Made by a program: the position numbers and the translations under genes. From NCBI GenBank assembly GCA_004212975.1, contig SHBF01000003.1, positions 1-59,802 on the forward strand: DNA of 59,802 bases. Reading direction: 5' to 3'. This DNA is from SAR86 cluster bacterium. GTDB lineage: Bacteria; Pseudomonadota; Gammaproteobacteria; Magnimaribacterales; D2472. The notes under the pieces are model-generated. The model ran no database searches. It was not told the origin of the DNA and saw nothing but the letters and a program-made list of their open reading frames with translations. Below are positions 9,156 to 19,343 of this stretch, piece by piece. How positions within the stretch are numbered: position 1 is the first letter of the stretch; each line of letters begins with the position of its first letter.

Positions 9156-9953
9156 ATGGAAATCACAAGTTTATTTAACATATCTGGAAAAGTTGCTGTT
9201 GTTACAGGCGGTTCAAGAGGAATTGGAGAAATGATAACTGCTGGCTTTTTGGCGAATGGGGTAAAAGTTTATATTTCAGCAAGAAAAGCTCCAGCTTTGA
9301 TTGAAAAGGCTAGAGAATTGTCTGAAAAATATAATCAAGAATGTATACCAGTTCCATGTGACTTAAGTTCAATGGATGGTATTGATGAGTTTGTTAATCA
9401 GATTACTGAAAAGGAAGATGCCATTGATTTTTTAGTTAATAATGCAGGAGCTGCATGGGGCGAACCTCTAGAAAGTTTCTCTGAAAAAGGCTGGGATAAG
9501 GTCATGGATCTAAATGTGAAGTCTATTTTTTTCTTAACACAGAAATTTAAAAACTTATTATCTAAAAATGCTAGTGATGATGATCCGTCAAGAGTAATTA
9601 ATATAGGCTCTATCGATGGATTAAATGTTCCATCAATGGAAACATATCCTTATGGAGCATCAAAGGCTGCAGTTCATCATTTGACAAGAGTTTTGGCTGC
9701 AAAATTAGTTCAAGAAAATATTTTGGTTAATGCTATTGCTCCTGGACCTTATCCAAGTGACATGCTCGGTCCTGCTGTAGGTTATGATTATTCTGAAATA
9801 GCAAAAAGAAATCCAAGAAAAAGAGTTGGAACTCCAGAAGACATGGCAGGATTGGCAATTTTCTTATGTTCTCGAGCTGGAGCATATACTGTTGGTGAGA
9901 CCATAACATCTGATGGCGGAATAGTTAAAACCGCCAATCATGATCTTAGCTAG
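9156..9953 (+). CDS. SDR family oxidoreductase
   Basis: TGGSRGIG, NNAG, YGASK catalytic motif. Confidence 0.93.
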   Translation: MEITSLFNISGKVAVVTGGSRGIGEMITAGFLANGVKVYISARKAPALIEKARELSEKYNQECIPVPCDLSSMDGIDEFVNQITEKEDAIDFLVNNAGAAWGEPLESFSEKGWDKVMDLNVKSIFFLTQKFKNLLSKNASDDDPSRVINIGSIDGLNVPSMETYPYGASKAAVHHLTRVLAAKLVQENILVNAIAPGPYPSDMLGPAVGYDYSEIAKRNPRKRVGTPEDMAGLAIFLCSRAGAYTVGETITSDGGIVKTANHDLS

Positions 9954-9954
9954 A

Positions 9955-10857
9955 TTATCTTTGAGCGTCTTTGAAAGCCCTTATAATAAGATCTTTCATC
10001 CAAATGTGACCACCATCACCTTCATCGCTTTTATGCCAAATTAAGAAATACTCCATTGAAGGTATTTCGATTGGAATTTCAAAGAAAGGAAGATTATTTC
10101 TTTTTGCAAAACTTCGTGTTCCCATTAATACTAAATCTGTTGATTGAATTATTGTAGGAGCGATTAAAAAGTGCTGACATCTCAGAGCTACCTTTCTTCT
10201 ATAACCAATTTTATCAAGCTCAACGTCAATTAAATGAAGACCTCTTTTTCTTCCAGAGACATGAAGATGTTTTTGTTCAAGTATATCGTTTACGCTTGGA
10301 CTTTTAATTTTTGATAAATCATGTCCTTCTCTATGCATAACAACAAAATCATCCTCAAAAACTTTCTCAGAATTGATTTCATCAGATCTTGGAATTATTG
10401 GATCTACAACAAAATCTAAATTATTTGTTGAAAGTGCATGAACCTGATCACTTCTTGGATACGCATAACTTCCAACAGAAATATTTGGAGCTTCCTTGTA
10501 AATTTCACTCATAATAAATGGAAGAACTCTTCCTTCAGAAACGTCACCTAGTGATAATTTAAAATTTCTTTTTGTTGAATTTGCATCAAAAGTATCGGGC
10601 TCATTGACACTTTGTTGTATTAAAGTCAAAGCACTTTGGACATCTTGAATCATGTTTTCAGTTTTCTGAGTAGGTACCATTCCAGAACCAGTTCTTACGA
10701 ATAGGTCGTCATTGAACTTTTCTCTCAGTCTTGATAAAGCATTACTAACAGCAGGCTGTGTAATTCCAACGACTTCAGCAGCCTTAGTGAGACTGCCTTC
10801 TGTATAGATAGCATTAAGGATTACAAAAAGGTTTAAATCAAAAGAACTTATTTTCAT
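9955..10857 (-). CDS. LysR-family regulator (NodD/LeuO-like subfamily)
   Basis: FDLNL..SLTKAA..ITQPAVSNALSRLR..DDLFVR HTH; divergent from acyl-CoA dehydrogenase. Confidence 0.93.
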   Translation of the reverse strand: MKISSFDLNLFVILNAIYTEGSLTKAAEVVGITQPAVSNALSRLREKFNDDLFVRTGSGMVPTQKTENMIQDVQSALTLIQQSVNEPDTFDANSTKRNFKLSLGDVSEGRVLPFIMSEIYKEAPNISVGSYAYPRSDQVHALSTNNLDFVVDPIIPRSDEINSEKVFEDDFVVMHREGHDLSKIKSPSVNDILEQKHLHVSGRKRGLHLIDVELDKIGYRRKVALRCQHFLIAPTIIQSTDLVLMGTRSFAKRNNLPFFEIPIEIPSMEYFLIWHKSDEGDGGHIWMKDLIIRAFKDAQR

Positions 10858-10910
10858 TTTATTGCCTTAAATAAATATTTAGATCATATAGATTTGTAAG
10901 TAACATAAAG

Positions 10911-10959
10911 CTATTATAAGTATGAATTACTCTAGTACTATTCATAGTATTTATAATAG
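10911..10959. promoter_or_regulatory. Long imperfect palindrome with two T-N11-A boxes, candidate LysR operator
   Basis: CTATTATAA-G-TATGAAT...ATTCATA-GTAT-TTATAATAG between the divergent lysR and acyl-CoA dehydrogenase genes. Confidence 0.55.
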
Positions 10960-10995
10960 TAACAAAATTTTTGATATAAAGGGAGATTTAACCTC

Positions 10996-12213
10996 ATGAT
11001 GCCTGAATTAAGACCTGAAGCAGTTGAATTAGTTGAAAAAGTAAAAGATTTTATTGACTCTGAGGTTAGACCAAAAGAGCACGTATTTCATGAGCAAATT
11101 AACGTTGGCAAAGATAGATGGAGCAGTTATCCATCAGTTATTGATGAGTTAAAGGAAAAAGCAAGAGCCAATGGTCTTTGGAACCTTTTTTTACCAGAGA
11201 GTGAATTTGGAGCAGGTCTATCCAATTATGAATATGCTCATCTTGCAGAAGAAATGGGAAAATCCCATATCGCTTCTGAGGCTATGAATTGTAGCGCACC
11301 CGATACAGGAAACATGGAAGTTATTGCAAGATATGGAAATGAGCAACATCAAGATCAGTGGCTTAAACCATTACTTGATGGTGAGATAAGATCTGCCTTT
11401 AGCATGACAGAGCCAGGAACAGCTTCATCTGATGCTACAAATATGCAAGCAACAGCAGTTTTGGATGGAGACGAATATGTAATAAATGGTGAGAAGTGGT
11501 GGACATCAGGAGCTGGGGATCCAAGATGTAAAATTCTCATATTTATGTGTGTAACTAATCCTGATAATCCAAAACATCAAAGACATTCAATGATACTTGT
11601 TCCAATGGAAACTGAGGGTGTAGAAATTATTAAAATGATGCATGTATTTGGCTATGACGATGCACCTCATGGGCATGCACATATGAAATTTACCAATGTG
11701 AGAGTACCTAAGGAAAATCTTTTACTTGGTGAAGGAAGAGGATTTGAGATAGCACAAGGACGTTTAGGGCCAGGACGTATTCATCATTGTATGAGAGCGA
11801 TTGGTGCAGGTGAGGTTGCAATAGAATTAATGTGTAAAAGGGGTATGGATCCAAATAAAGTAGCATTTGGTAAAAACTTAGCACAACTTGGAGCAAATTT
11901 TGATTACATAGCTGAGTCAAGAATTGAACTTAATGCTGCAAGATTCTTAACATTGGATGCCGCAGTTAAAATGGATACAGTTGGAAATAAAATTGCGGCA
12001 AGTGAGATTGCTCAAATTAAAGTATATGCACCCAACGTAGCGCTTAAGATTATTGATAGAGCAATTCAAATTCATGGCGGAGAAGGTGTTTCTCAATATA
12101 CTCCGCTCGCATCTATGTATGCTCATATGAGAACACTCAGACTCGCTGATGGTCCTGATGAAGTTCATAGAAGAGCGGTTGCAAGATATGAGCTCGGTAA
12201 ATATATGAGTTAA
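10996..12213 (+). CDS. Acyl-CoA dehydrogenase
   Basis: [41 protein letters not shown]; SD AGGGAG. Confidence 0.95.
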   Translation: MMPELRPEAVELVEKVKDFIDSEVRPKEHVFHEQINVGKDRWSSYPSVIDELKEKARANGLWNLFLPESEFGAGLSNYEYAHLAEEMGKSHIASEAMNCSAPDTGNMEVIARYGNEQHQDQWLKPLLDGEIRSAFSMTEPGTASSDATNMQATAVLDGDEYVINGEKWWTSGAGDPRCKILIFMCVTNPDNPKHQRHSMILVPMETEGVEIIKMMHVFGYDDAPHGHAHMKFTNVRVPKENLLLGEGRGFEIAQGRLGPGRIHHCMRAIGAGEVAIELMCKRGMDPNKVAFGKNLAQLGANFDYIAESRIELNAARFLTLDAAVKMDTVGNKIAASEIAQIKVYAPNVALKIIDRAIQIHGGEGVSQYTPLASMYAHMRTLRLADGPDEVHRRAVARYELGKYMS

Positions 12214-12217
12214 AGAA

Positions 12218-13615
12218 TTGTCTCGCAATTTAATATTTTACGATACTGAAACAACTGGAATTCATAAAGATTTTAGTCAAATAATACAATGTGGCTCAAT
12301 TTTTACTGATAACGCATTAAAAGTTATAGACGAACAGAATATTGGTAGCAAACCTTTGCCTTGGATTATCCCTCAACCTAAAGCAATGCTTACTAATAAA
12401 AAGATTAATTCCTTCTCATCCAATATTTCTCATTATCAAATGATGAAAGATATCCAACATCAATGGAAAGAGTGGTGTATAGATTTACCATCAATATTTG
12501 TAACATACAACGGGCATGCTTTTGATGAAGAGCTCATCAGAAGGCAGTTTTGGTGCAATCTATTAGAGCCATATATTACAAATACAAATCAAAATGGAAG
12601 ACTTGATTTAATGCTGATGATTCATAATGTAGCTGCATTTTTTTCAGATGAAATCTCAATTCCCTTATTTGAAGATGGGCCTGCTTTTAGTATTAAGTTG
12701 GAACATTTAGCAAATGAACATGGTATTGATGTCAGTGATGCTCATGATGCAATTTCAGACTGCAAATTTATGATTGGGTTATGCAAAGTTATTAAAGATA
12801 AGATACCTGAAGTTTTTGATTCATTTTTGAATATTTCAACAAAAGAGGGTATTAAAAATCTTTTATACTCTGATGAATTCCTTGCTCTTGGTGAGGTCTA
12901 CAGGCGCCATCCTTTCAAGTATCCTGTTGTAATTTGTGGTGCAGATAACTCTAGACCTAATGATATTTGTTTCTTTGATTTAAGTTTTGATCCAGATGAA
13001 ATTATTGATCTAGACTTCACAGAAATTAATAAGATGATTCAATCTGGAGGAAGAGACTTACCTTTAAAAAAATATAAAATTAACAAAACTATTCCAATAT
13101 GTTCAAGCAAACATCTTACAAAAAATAATCACTTTGATATAACTCATGAAGAGCTTCAAAGACGAGCGGATATAGTCAAGTCTAATCAAGATTTCTTCAC
13201 ACAAGTTTCTCAGGCTATGGAGGATAGAATTATGAATTTTCCAGAACCGGATTATGTTGAAGGAACAATATATTCTGGTGGTTTTCCTTCATATAGAGAT
13301 CAAGATCTGATGAAAGAATTTCACCATACTGATAACCTTGAACAACTTATTAAAATCTCAAGAAATTTCGAAGATGAGAGGTTCCGTCTTTTAGCCGAAA
13401 GAATTATATGTAATAAATATCAAGCAGGTATTCCTGATGATATTAAAACAAGATTTGATGATTTAATTCATGAAAGAGTTTATACAGATGGAAAATGGGG
13501 CTCTGTTGATAAGGCGCTCAATGACATTGAAAAACTTTTAGATGAAAGAAACAGTAAAGAAGATAAAGCCATTCTCCTTGCAACAAAAGAACAACTGCTA
13601 TCAATGCAAAAGTAA
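12218..13615 (+). CDS. sbcB: Exodeoxyribonuclease I
   Basis: DEDDh motifs FYDTETTG, YNGHAFDEE, AHDAISD; 465 aa; TTG start. Confidence 0.85.
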   Translation: MSRNLIFYDTETTGIHKDFSQIIQCGSIFTDNALKVIDEQNIGSKPLPWIIPQPKAMLTNKKINSFSSNISHYQMMKDIQHQWKEWCIDLPSIFVTYNGHAFDEELIRRQFWCNLLEPYITNTNQNGRLDLMLMIHNVAAFFSDEISIPLFEDGPAFSIKLEHLANEHGIDVSDAHDAISDCKFMIGLCKVIKDKIPEVFDSFLNISTKEGIKNLLYSDEFLALGEVYRRHPFKYPVVICGADNSRPNDICFFDLSFDPDEIIDLDFTEINKMIQSGGRDLPLKKYKINKTIPICSSKHLTKNNHFDITHEELQRRADIVKSNQDFFTQVSQAMEDRIMNFPEPDYVEGTIYSGGFPSYRDQDLMKEFHHTDNLEQLIKISRNFEDERFRLLAERIICNKYQAGIPDDIKTRFDDLIHERVYTDGKWGSVDKALNDIEKLLDERNSKEDKAILLATKEQLLSMQK

Positions 13616-13617
13616 AA

Positions 13618-14343
13618 ATGAAAATATATTTGTGGATCATATTAATAATTTCTTTTGATATAAAATCTGATATATCTATTAAAGAGCTTGATTTAAAAGA
13701 GGTATTTAAGAGCGGAAGAAGTTTGATTTCTCTTGATAATGGTTTGCACTATCTTGAGGAAGAATTAGACATACAAAACACACTTTTTATTGGTGTCCAT
13801 GGTAGCGATAGTGAGGGGTATGAATGGATATATCCATTAATAACATTAGACAGCAAGCAAAATTTAATGAGCTTCTTTCGTTACAACGATAATTTGTGCC
13901 CAAATAGAGCTTATGAAATTCTTTTTAGTGAAATTAATAGTTTATTAGATCAAAATAAAAACATTGATAAGGTAGTTTTAATGGGTCACAGTTATGGTGC
14001 AATGATCATAGCAATGTTTTCAGAGACATGGATTAATGAGGTACCATTGACCTTGCATGCAGTGGCAGGGCCTTTAACCGGGCCTATACCGTCTGAGTTT
14101 AGATTAGGTCTTTTTAACAAGATTTGTAATTATTCTGCACCTAAATTTACTAGAGATAATGTTAATCTCTTTCAGTGGAGAACAATTAAAGAATTGGATG
14201 GCGCATTTAATAATCTAGATTATGATCCTCAAATTATAGAAGTTGAAGGAAGCACAGTAACAAGATTACCTAAAACCTATAACGGAAGAAGACTTGGTCA
14301 TAACTGGTCGATAAGTTGGGTTGCGGATCAAATTAAAAAATAA
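13618..14343 (+). CDS. Secreted alpha/beta hydrolase
   Basis: VHG oxyanion motif, GHSYG nucleophile elbow, C-terminal His (LGHNWS), hydrophobic N-terminus. Confidence 0.75.
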   Translation: MKIYLWIILIISFDIKSDISIKELDLKEVFKSGRSLISLDNGLHYLEEELDIQNTLFIGVHGSDSEGYEWIYPLITLDSKQNLMSFFRYNDNLCPNRAYEILFSEINSLLDQNKNIDKVVLMGHSYGAMIIAMFSETWINEVPLTLHAVAGPLTGPIPSEFRLGLFNKICNYSAPKFTRDNVNLFQWRTIKELDGAFNNLDYDPQIIEVEGSTVTRLPKTYNGRRLGHNWSISWVADQIKK

Positions 14344-14349
14344 CTAAGT

Positions 14350-14426
14350 TGGTGGGCGAGGAGAGATTCGAACTCCCGACTTCCTGCGTGTCGAGCAGAC
14401 ACTCTAACCAACTGAGTTACTCGCCC
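14350..14426 (-). tRNA. tRNA-Val(GAC)
   Basis: Reverse complement GGGCGAGTAACTCAG...TCTGC-TC-GAC-AC-GCAGG...GTTCGAATC...CTCGCCC-A-CCA. Confidence 0.96.
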
Positions 14427-14468
14427 ATAAAGAGGAGTAATTTTACACAAAAAATTTATTAAATAATA

Positions 14469-14924
14469 TTAATTAATTTTTGCAAGATATTCATCAAGTC
14501 TTGTTTGATTCATTACAAATGTAGACTTAAATTGTACTGCAACATTTTTAGCAGTTTCTATATTTGAATTATCATCACCTACTTGTATTACACCAACCAT
14601 AGCCATCATTGCATGAGGCGTACATTGATATCCATAAACACCAGGAATTTCAAAGGTTACTGAAATATCTCTACTTAATTGTCCGTTCCAAGGTGAAGCA
14701 CCAGATGGAATCATACCAGGTATAGATGCAGAATTATGAGCAGCATCAGCAGACTCAAATGTAACGGTATCACCAACATTAATTTTTAAAAATGCAGGCT
14801 CAAAAACCATTACACCAGTAGCGCCTTGATTAAGCATCTTAACAGTATGAGTTTCTGAATATAGATCCAAACATGCAAAAGAAATTATTAAAGAAAGGAT
14901 TAAGTTTTTTGATATAATACTCAT
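14469..14924 (-). CDS. Pseudoazurin / plastocyanin-family blue copper protein
   Basis: Signal peptide; MVFEPAFLKINVGDTVTF; Cu ligands HN and CTPHxxxxM. Confidence 0.9.
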   Translation of the reverse strand: MSIISKNLILSLIISFACLDLYSETHTVKMLNQGATGVMVFEPAFLKINVGDTVTFESADAAHNSASIPGMIPSGASPWNGQLSRDISVTFEIPGVYGYQCTPHAMMAMVGVIQVGDDNSNIETAKNVAVQFKSTFVMNQTRLDEYLAKIN

Positions 14925-15043
14925 GACATTATTATATTTATTTATAATTAAATATCAATATAATTTATATTATTAATCATTTGCTTTAAATATAAAAATC
15001 ATTATATTAAATATATATTTTCTATATTTTTTAAACATTTACT

Positions 15044-16249
15044 ATGAAATTAATCAATCACATTAGGTCTTTTTTAGTATTAGTACTGTTATCTCCTTTT
15101 GCATTAAATGTATTAGCAGATTATTTTCCAAATAAAGAAAATTGGGATATTTCATCACCTGAAGCAGAGGGTGTAAATCCCAATAAAATTGATAAATTAA
15201 TGGATTTATCATTTTCAGATGATGCAACTCAAGCAGTTGTTGTTATTAAAAATGGCAAAATAATTTCAGAAAAATATGCTGATGGATATGATCTTGATTC
15301 TCATGGTACATCTTGGTCAATGGCTAAAAGCTATTATGCTGCGTTAATTGGAATTTCGCTTGATCGAGGTGAGATTAATAGTCTTGATGATAAAGTTTCA
15401 GATTATCTAGATTATTTTGATGACGAGAGGTCAGATATCACTTTAAGAGATCTTCTCGATATGTCTAGTGGTCTTGATTTTCCAACCCACGAGCATGAAA
15501 AAATGTTTTTTCAAGTAGACCATCTTCAATATGCAAAAAAAGTTGGTGTTGAAAAAGATGCTGGTGAAAAATTTGAATATAACAATGTCAATTCGATGCT
15601 ATTAGGTGATATTTTATTTCAAGCAACTGGTAAAAAAGCTGATGAACTTTTTGAAGAAAGAATCTTAGAACCTCTAGGTATAGGTGACTATAAGTTATGG
15701 AAAGACGAAAAAGGAAATGTGATGACATATTGTTGCGTGGATATGTCACCAAGAGATTATTCTAAGTTAGGTTTATTATTTGCTCGAGACGGTAAGTGGA
15801 ATGACGAACAAATTGTGTCCAAAGAATTTGTAGATGAAACTTTTCAGGTGGTATGGGAGACACCAAGCAGATTTACAGATTATAAACGTTACTACTCTCT
15901 GCACTGGTGGGTCTCAAAGTATGATGAGGAATCAAAAATATTTAATACCAGTGGAAAGTTCGGACAGTATACTTTTGTAGACAGAGAAAATGATATTGTT
16001 GTAACAAGAATCTCTAAATATGAAGAACAAGACAATGGTTCTACTCAGAAGTGGGGCATAATGAAATATCTTAGATGGGCAGGCATAGATAATGCTATTG
16101 CTATTGGCAGGATGTTGATAGCTTCAGGAACTATAGAGTCTGGATCAGATGTGATTACTCCTTTCACAGATGAGGAGGGAGAATCTTACGAATTCTATGT
16201 AAAATATCCTGAAATTATTGATTCAATTGCTGATTTAAGTCGTAACTAA
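15044..16249 (+). CDS. Serine hydrolase (beta-lactamase class C / esterase-like), exported
   Basis: SxxK (SMAK), YxN (YNN), LLDMSSG, signal peptide. Confidence 0.88.
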   Translation: MKLINHIRSFLVLVLLSPFALNVLADYFPNKENWDISSPEAEGVNPNKIDKLMDLSFSDDATQAVVVIKNGKIISEKYADGYDLDSHGTSWSMAKSYYAALIGISLDRGEINSLDDKVSDYLDYFDDERSDITLRDLLDMSSGLDFPTHEHEKMFFQVDHLQYAKKVGVEKDAGEKFEYNNVNSMLLGDILFQATGKKADELFEERILEPLGIGDYKLWKDEKGNVMTYCCVDMSPRDYSKLGLLFARDGKWNDEQIVSKEFVDETFQVVWETPSRFTDYKRYYSLHWWVSKYDEESKIFNTSGKFGQYTFVDRENDIVVTRISKYEEQDNGSTQKWGIMKYLRWAGIDNAIAIGRMLIASGTIESGSDVITPFTDEEGESYEFYVKYPEIIDSIADLSRN

Positions 16250-16430
16250 TATTTAATTCATCAGCTTTGTTTGTAAAACTATTAATGTCTTTTTTCCATT
16301 CTTCAAGATAATATCCATCATTACCTTGTTTATTTAGATACCTAAGAAAAATTCTTCCAGTTTCATCTTGATAGCCTGCTTGAAATGGATCTCCAGTTGC
16401 GCTATTTAATCTTTTATATCTATCATCCAT
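16215..16430 (-). CDS. Small hypothetical protein
   Basis: 71 aa, starts 3 nt after the SLC13 stop; overlaps the convergent hydrolase 3' end by 35 nt. Confidence 0.6.
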   Translation of the reverse strand: MDDRYKRLNSATGDPFQAGYQDETGRIFLRYLNKQGNDGYYLEEWKKDINSFTNKADELNISYDLNQQLNQ

Positions 16431-16433
16431 TTA

Positions 16434-18200
16434 TCAAGTCCATACAAACAATATCATTGGTATAGACGCCAATATTATTAAAATATCCATAGGTAAGCCC
16501 ATACGCCAGTAATCAGTAAATTTATAATTACCTGGACCCATTACAACAGTATTACATTGATGTCCTATTGGAGTTAAAAATGCACAACTTGCCCCAACTG
16601 CGACGACCATTAAAAAAGGCTCAATGGCATACCCCAATTCTAGTGCTATTCCAGTTGATATTGGAGCCATAATAACAGCTGTTGCTGCATTATTGATAAT
16701 ATCGGTTGTTACCATGGTAACAATTAAGATAATGAGGAGTATCCAAAATAAACTCAGGCTTGATGCATATGTGGATATTGAAGTTGCAATTAAGCTACTC
16801 ACTCCTGTTGTTTGAAGCGCAGTTCCGATTGGTATCATTGCTGCTAACATAACAATTATTGGCCAATCTATTTTTCTGTAAAAATCACTGTCAATAATTT
16901 TAATTCTTGCAAAAGCTAAAACACACAATAAAAATGCTGGTGCCGCACTTAAATAGTTGAATGAGACTAAAAAGATTGATAACAAAAAGAATAACAGCCC
17001 CTTAACAAGCCTACTTCTACTTGGTATTGTTTGAAGTTCTCTTTGTCTTAGGGGCATTAAACCTAAATGTTTAATTTTATTAGAGACATCTTCTTCAGCG
17101 AGATCTCTTACTCCTAGTAGCAATACATCACCAGCTCTAAATTGTTCTCTTGTAAGTCTGGTTCTATATTTTGAACCCTTTCTCCATAGTCCAAGAAGAT
17201 TTAACTCTTCAAAAGCGAGCTTTTGAAAAAAATCATACTTTCTTCCAATCAATCTAGAACTGGGAGTGATCATGACTTCAATTTCTTCAAGATCATCTTC
17301 GTCAAATGAATGAAGTTCTTTGGGAATGGAAAAATCAAAAATATCTAGAATATTTGCAAGATCATCGGGAGGGGTCTTAATGACCAATATTTGTCCTGCT
17401 TTAATTCTCATATTATTTTGAACTTTCTTGATTGATCCATTTTCAGATACTATTCCGAGGATTTCTGTATCCTCTCCAGCTTGTGTTTTAAATGAATATA
17501 AAGTCATACCAATTGAAGAGCTTTTTTCATTTACGAGCACCTCAAATAAGTACCCTTTAAGATCAATTAAATGTTGAGTTGAAGGCATCTCTTTTCTTAA
17601 AAAAATCAACCTATTCCCAATAAAAGCAATGAAAAGAACGCAAATAATTGTTACTACAAGACCAACATACGAAAAATCGAAGAAATTAAACCCAGAGCTT
17701 GATATAGATGCCTTGTATTCAGATATTATTATATTTGGGGGAGTTCCAATTGCGGTATTCATTCCACCTAAAATGCAAGCGAAGGCTAAGGGCATTAGGT
17801 ACTTAGAGGGATGCCATTCCATCTTTTGACATATATTAAGTGTTATGGGTAAGAGAATTGCTAAAGCACCTATATTATTTATAAATGATGACAAAACAGC
17901 TGCTATTAATAGGAGAGAAACCATAAATTGGATCTCTGTAAACTCCCTACCTCCAACAAGCTTACCTACAAGACCTGCTATACCTGAATTACTTAAACCT
18001 TGACTAATTATAAGAACAAGTGCGACGGTAATAACAGCAGGATGAGCAAATCCAGCAAAAGCCTCACTGGAAGGTATTATTTCAAGAACTACTAAAACAA
18101 ATAATGCACCAACCGCTAGCGCATCATATCTAATTTTTCCCCATATAAATAAACACAGAAGAGCTATCAAAGTTGAGGATAATATGATTTGATCGTTCAT
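16434..18200 (-). CDS. SLC13/DASS-family permease with TrkA-C domains
   Basis: FINN, IGTPPNII, FLTPIGHQCN..GPGNYKFTDY motifs, central soluble domains. Confidence 0.9.
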   Translation of the reverse strand: MNDQIILSSTLIALLCLFIWGKIRYDALAVGALFVLVVLEIIPSSEAFAGFAHPAVITVALVLIISQGLSNSGIAGLVGKLVGGREFTEIQFMVSLLLIAAVLSSFINNIGALAILLPITLNICQKMEWHPSKYLMPLAFACILGGMNTAIGTPPNIIISEYKASISSSGFNFFDFSYVGLVVTIICVLFIAFIGNRLIFLRKEMPSTQHLIDLKGYLFEVLVNEKSSSIGMTLYSFKTQAGEDTEILGIVSENGSIKKVQNNMRIKAGQILVIKTPPDDLANILDIFDFSIPKELHSFDEDDLEEIEVMITPSSRLIGRKYDFFQKLAFEELNLLGLWRKGSKYRTRLTREQFRAGDVLLLGVRDLAEEDVSNKIKHLGLMPLRQRELQTIPSRSRLVKGLLFFLLSIFLVSFNYLSAAPAFLLCVLAFARIKIIDSDFYRKIDWPIIVMLAAMIPIGTALQTTGVSSLIATSISTYASSLSLFWILLIILIVTMVTTDIINNAATAVIMAPISTGIALELGYAIEPFLMVVAVGASCAFLTPIGHQCNTVVMGPGNYKFTDYWRMGLPMDILIILASIPMILFVWT

Positions 18201-18212
18201 AATTCATCAATG

Positions 18213-19298
18213 TTATTTTGGCATGGATTCAACATACAGAGAAGTTGAAGGATAGGCAAATTCAGATTTGTTGCTCTTTACAATTTTCATTATATTGAAG
18301 ATCAGGTTTTCTTTTACTTCGTTAAATGCAGCAAATCCCATTGGATCAGCATAAGCCACAATCATTAAATCAATAGAACTACCACCCAATTCAACAATTC
18401 TTACAACAGGATCCAAATCGCCTTCTGAAGTAAAGTCATTACTCTTAGTTATGTAATCTTTTATTTCATTTCTTATCGATTCAAGTTGTTCAACACTTGT
18501 TGAGTAAATTAGATTAATTTTCCAATTGATTCTTCTATTAATCATTTCACCATGGTTAATTACTTTAACGTCAGATAAATCTTTATTAGGTATAACCATT
18601 GGCGCAGTATCAAAAGTTCTAATGACAGTTGATCTAAAGCCAATACTTTCTACAATTCCATGAAGCTGTCCACTTACCTCAATTCTGTCACCTGGCTGAA
18701 ATCTATGTTCACCAATTATTAATATTCCTGAGATTAGATTTTTGAAGAAATCTTGTGCGCCTAATGCTACTGCTACAGAAAATAATCCCAAACCAGCAAT
18801 CAGTGGACCAATTTGAATACCAAATATATCTAATATTATTGCTGCTCCAATTACCCAGACAATAAATTTTGAAGTTCTTTCAAGCCACATTTGCATTGAT
18901 GCTGTAAGCCATGAGCTTGTAGATAGGGCAGCGAAAATTGGTTTTACACTATTTGCTAGAGCGCTGAAAATAGTAAAAATGACAAAGGCCTTTACTATAT
19001 TTGTTGCTATGTCACCAATTAAACCTGACAGAGGTAATATTAAAGTGCAAATGTATAAAGCGATTGTGATAGGCACTAATCCAATTGGCCTTCTTAATGC
19101 ATTAAGGATTTCATCATCTATCTTTGATTTTGTTTTACTGGCTAGTCTTTCAAGAGAATTTAGAATTATTGAAATAATAAAACCCCTAAAAAGAAATGCA
19201 GTTAAGATAACTAACAAAGAAGAAATTATTGAGCCTAGATCAATACCTAAGAACCCTTTATTCCAGACTTCAGAGATAAGATTTATAAAATTTTCCAT
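18213..19298 (-). CDS. Mechanosensitive channel, MscS family
   Basis: AGLGLFSVAVALGAQD..NLISG, FQPGDRI, VESIGFRST, FAYPS. Confidence 0.92.
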   Translation of the reverse strand: MENFINLISEVWNKGFLGIDLGSIISSLLVILTAFLFRGFIISIILNSLERLASKTKSKIDDEILNALRRPIGLVPITIALYICTLILPLSGLIGDIATNIVKAFVIFTIFSALANSVKPIFAALSTSSWLTASMQMWLERTSKFIVWVIGAAIILDIFGIQIGPLIAGLGLFSVAVALGAQDFFKNLISGILIIGEHRFQPGDRIEVSGQLHGIVESIGFRSTVIRTFDTAPMVIPNKDLSDVKVINHGEMINRRINWKINLIYSTSVEQLESIRNEIKDYITKSNDFTSEGDLDPVVRIVELGGSSIDLMIVAYADPMGFAAFNEVKENLIFNIMKIVKSNKSEFAYPSTSLYVESMPK

Positions 19299-19343
19299 AT
19301 TGTTATTTTATTTTCATTTTATAAATTTAGGCAAAATTATTAG

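Noticed and set aside
815-14426. Integrative island between tRNA-Leu and tRNA-Val
   Set aside because: No integrase or transposase, no att-like duplicate of a tRNA end seen by eye, and no obvious compositional shift.
14925-15043. Extremely AT-rich spacer as a replication origin or sRNA
   Set aside because: No DnaA boxes or stable hairpins; explained as divergent promoters.
15044-16249. Antibiotic-resistance beta-lactamase
   Set aside because: SxxK/YxN motifs are shared by the broad serine hydrolase/esterase family, and the canonical KTG motif is replaced (TSG).
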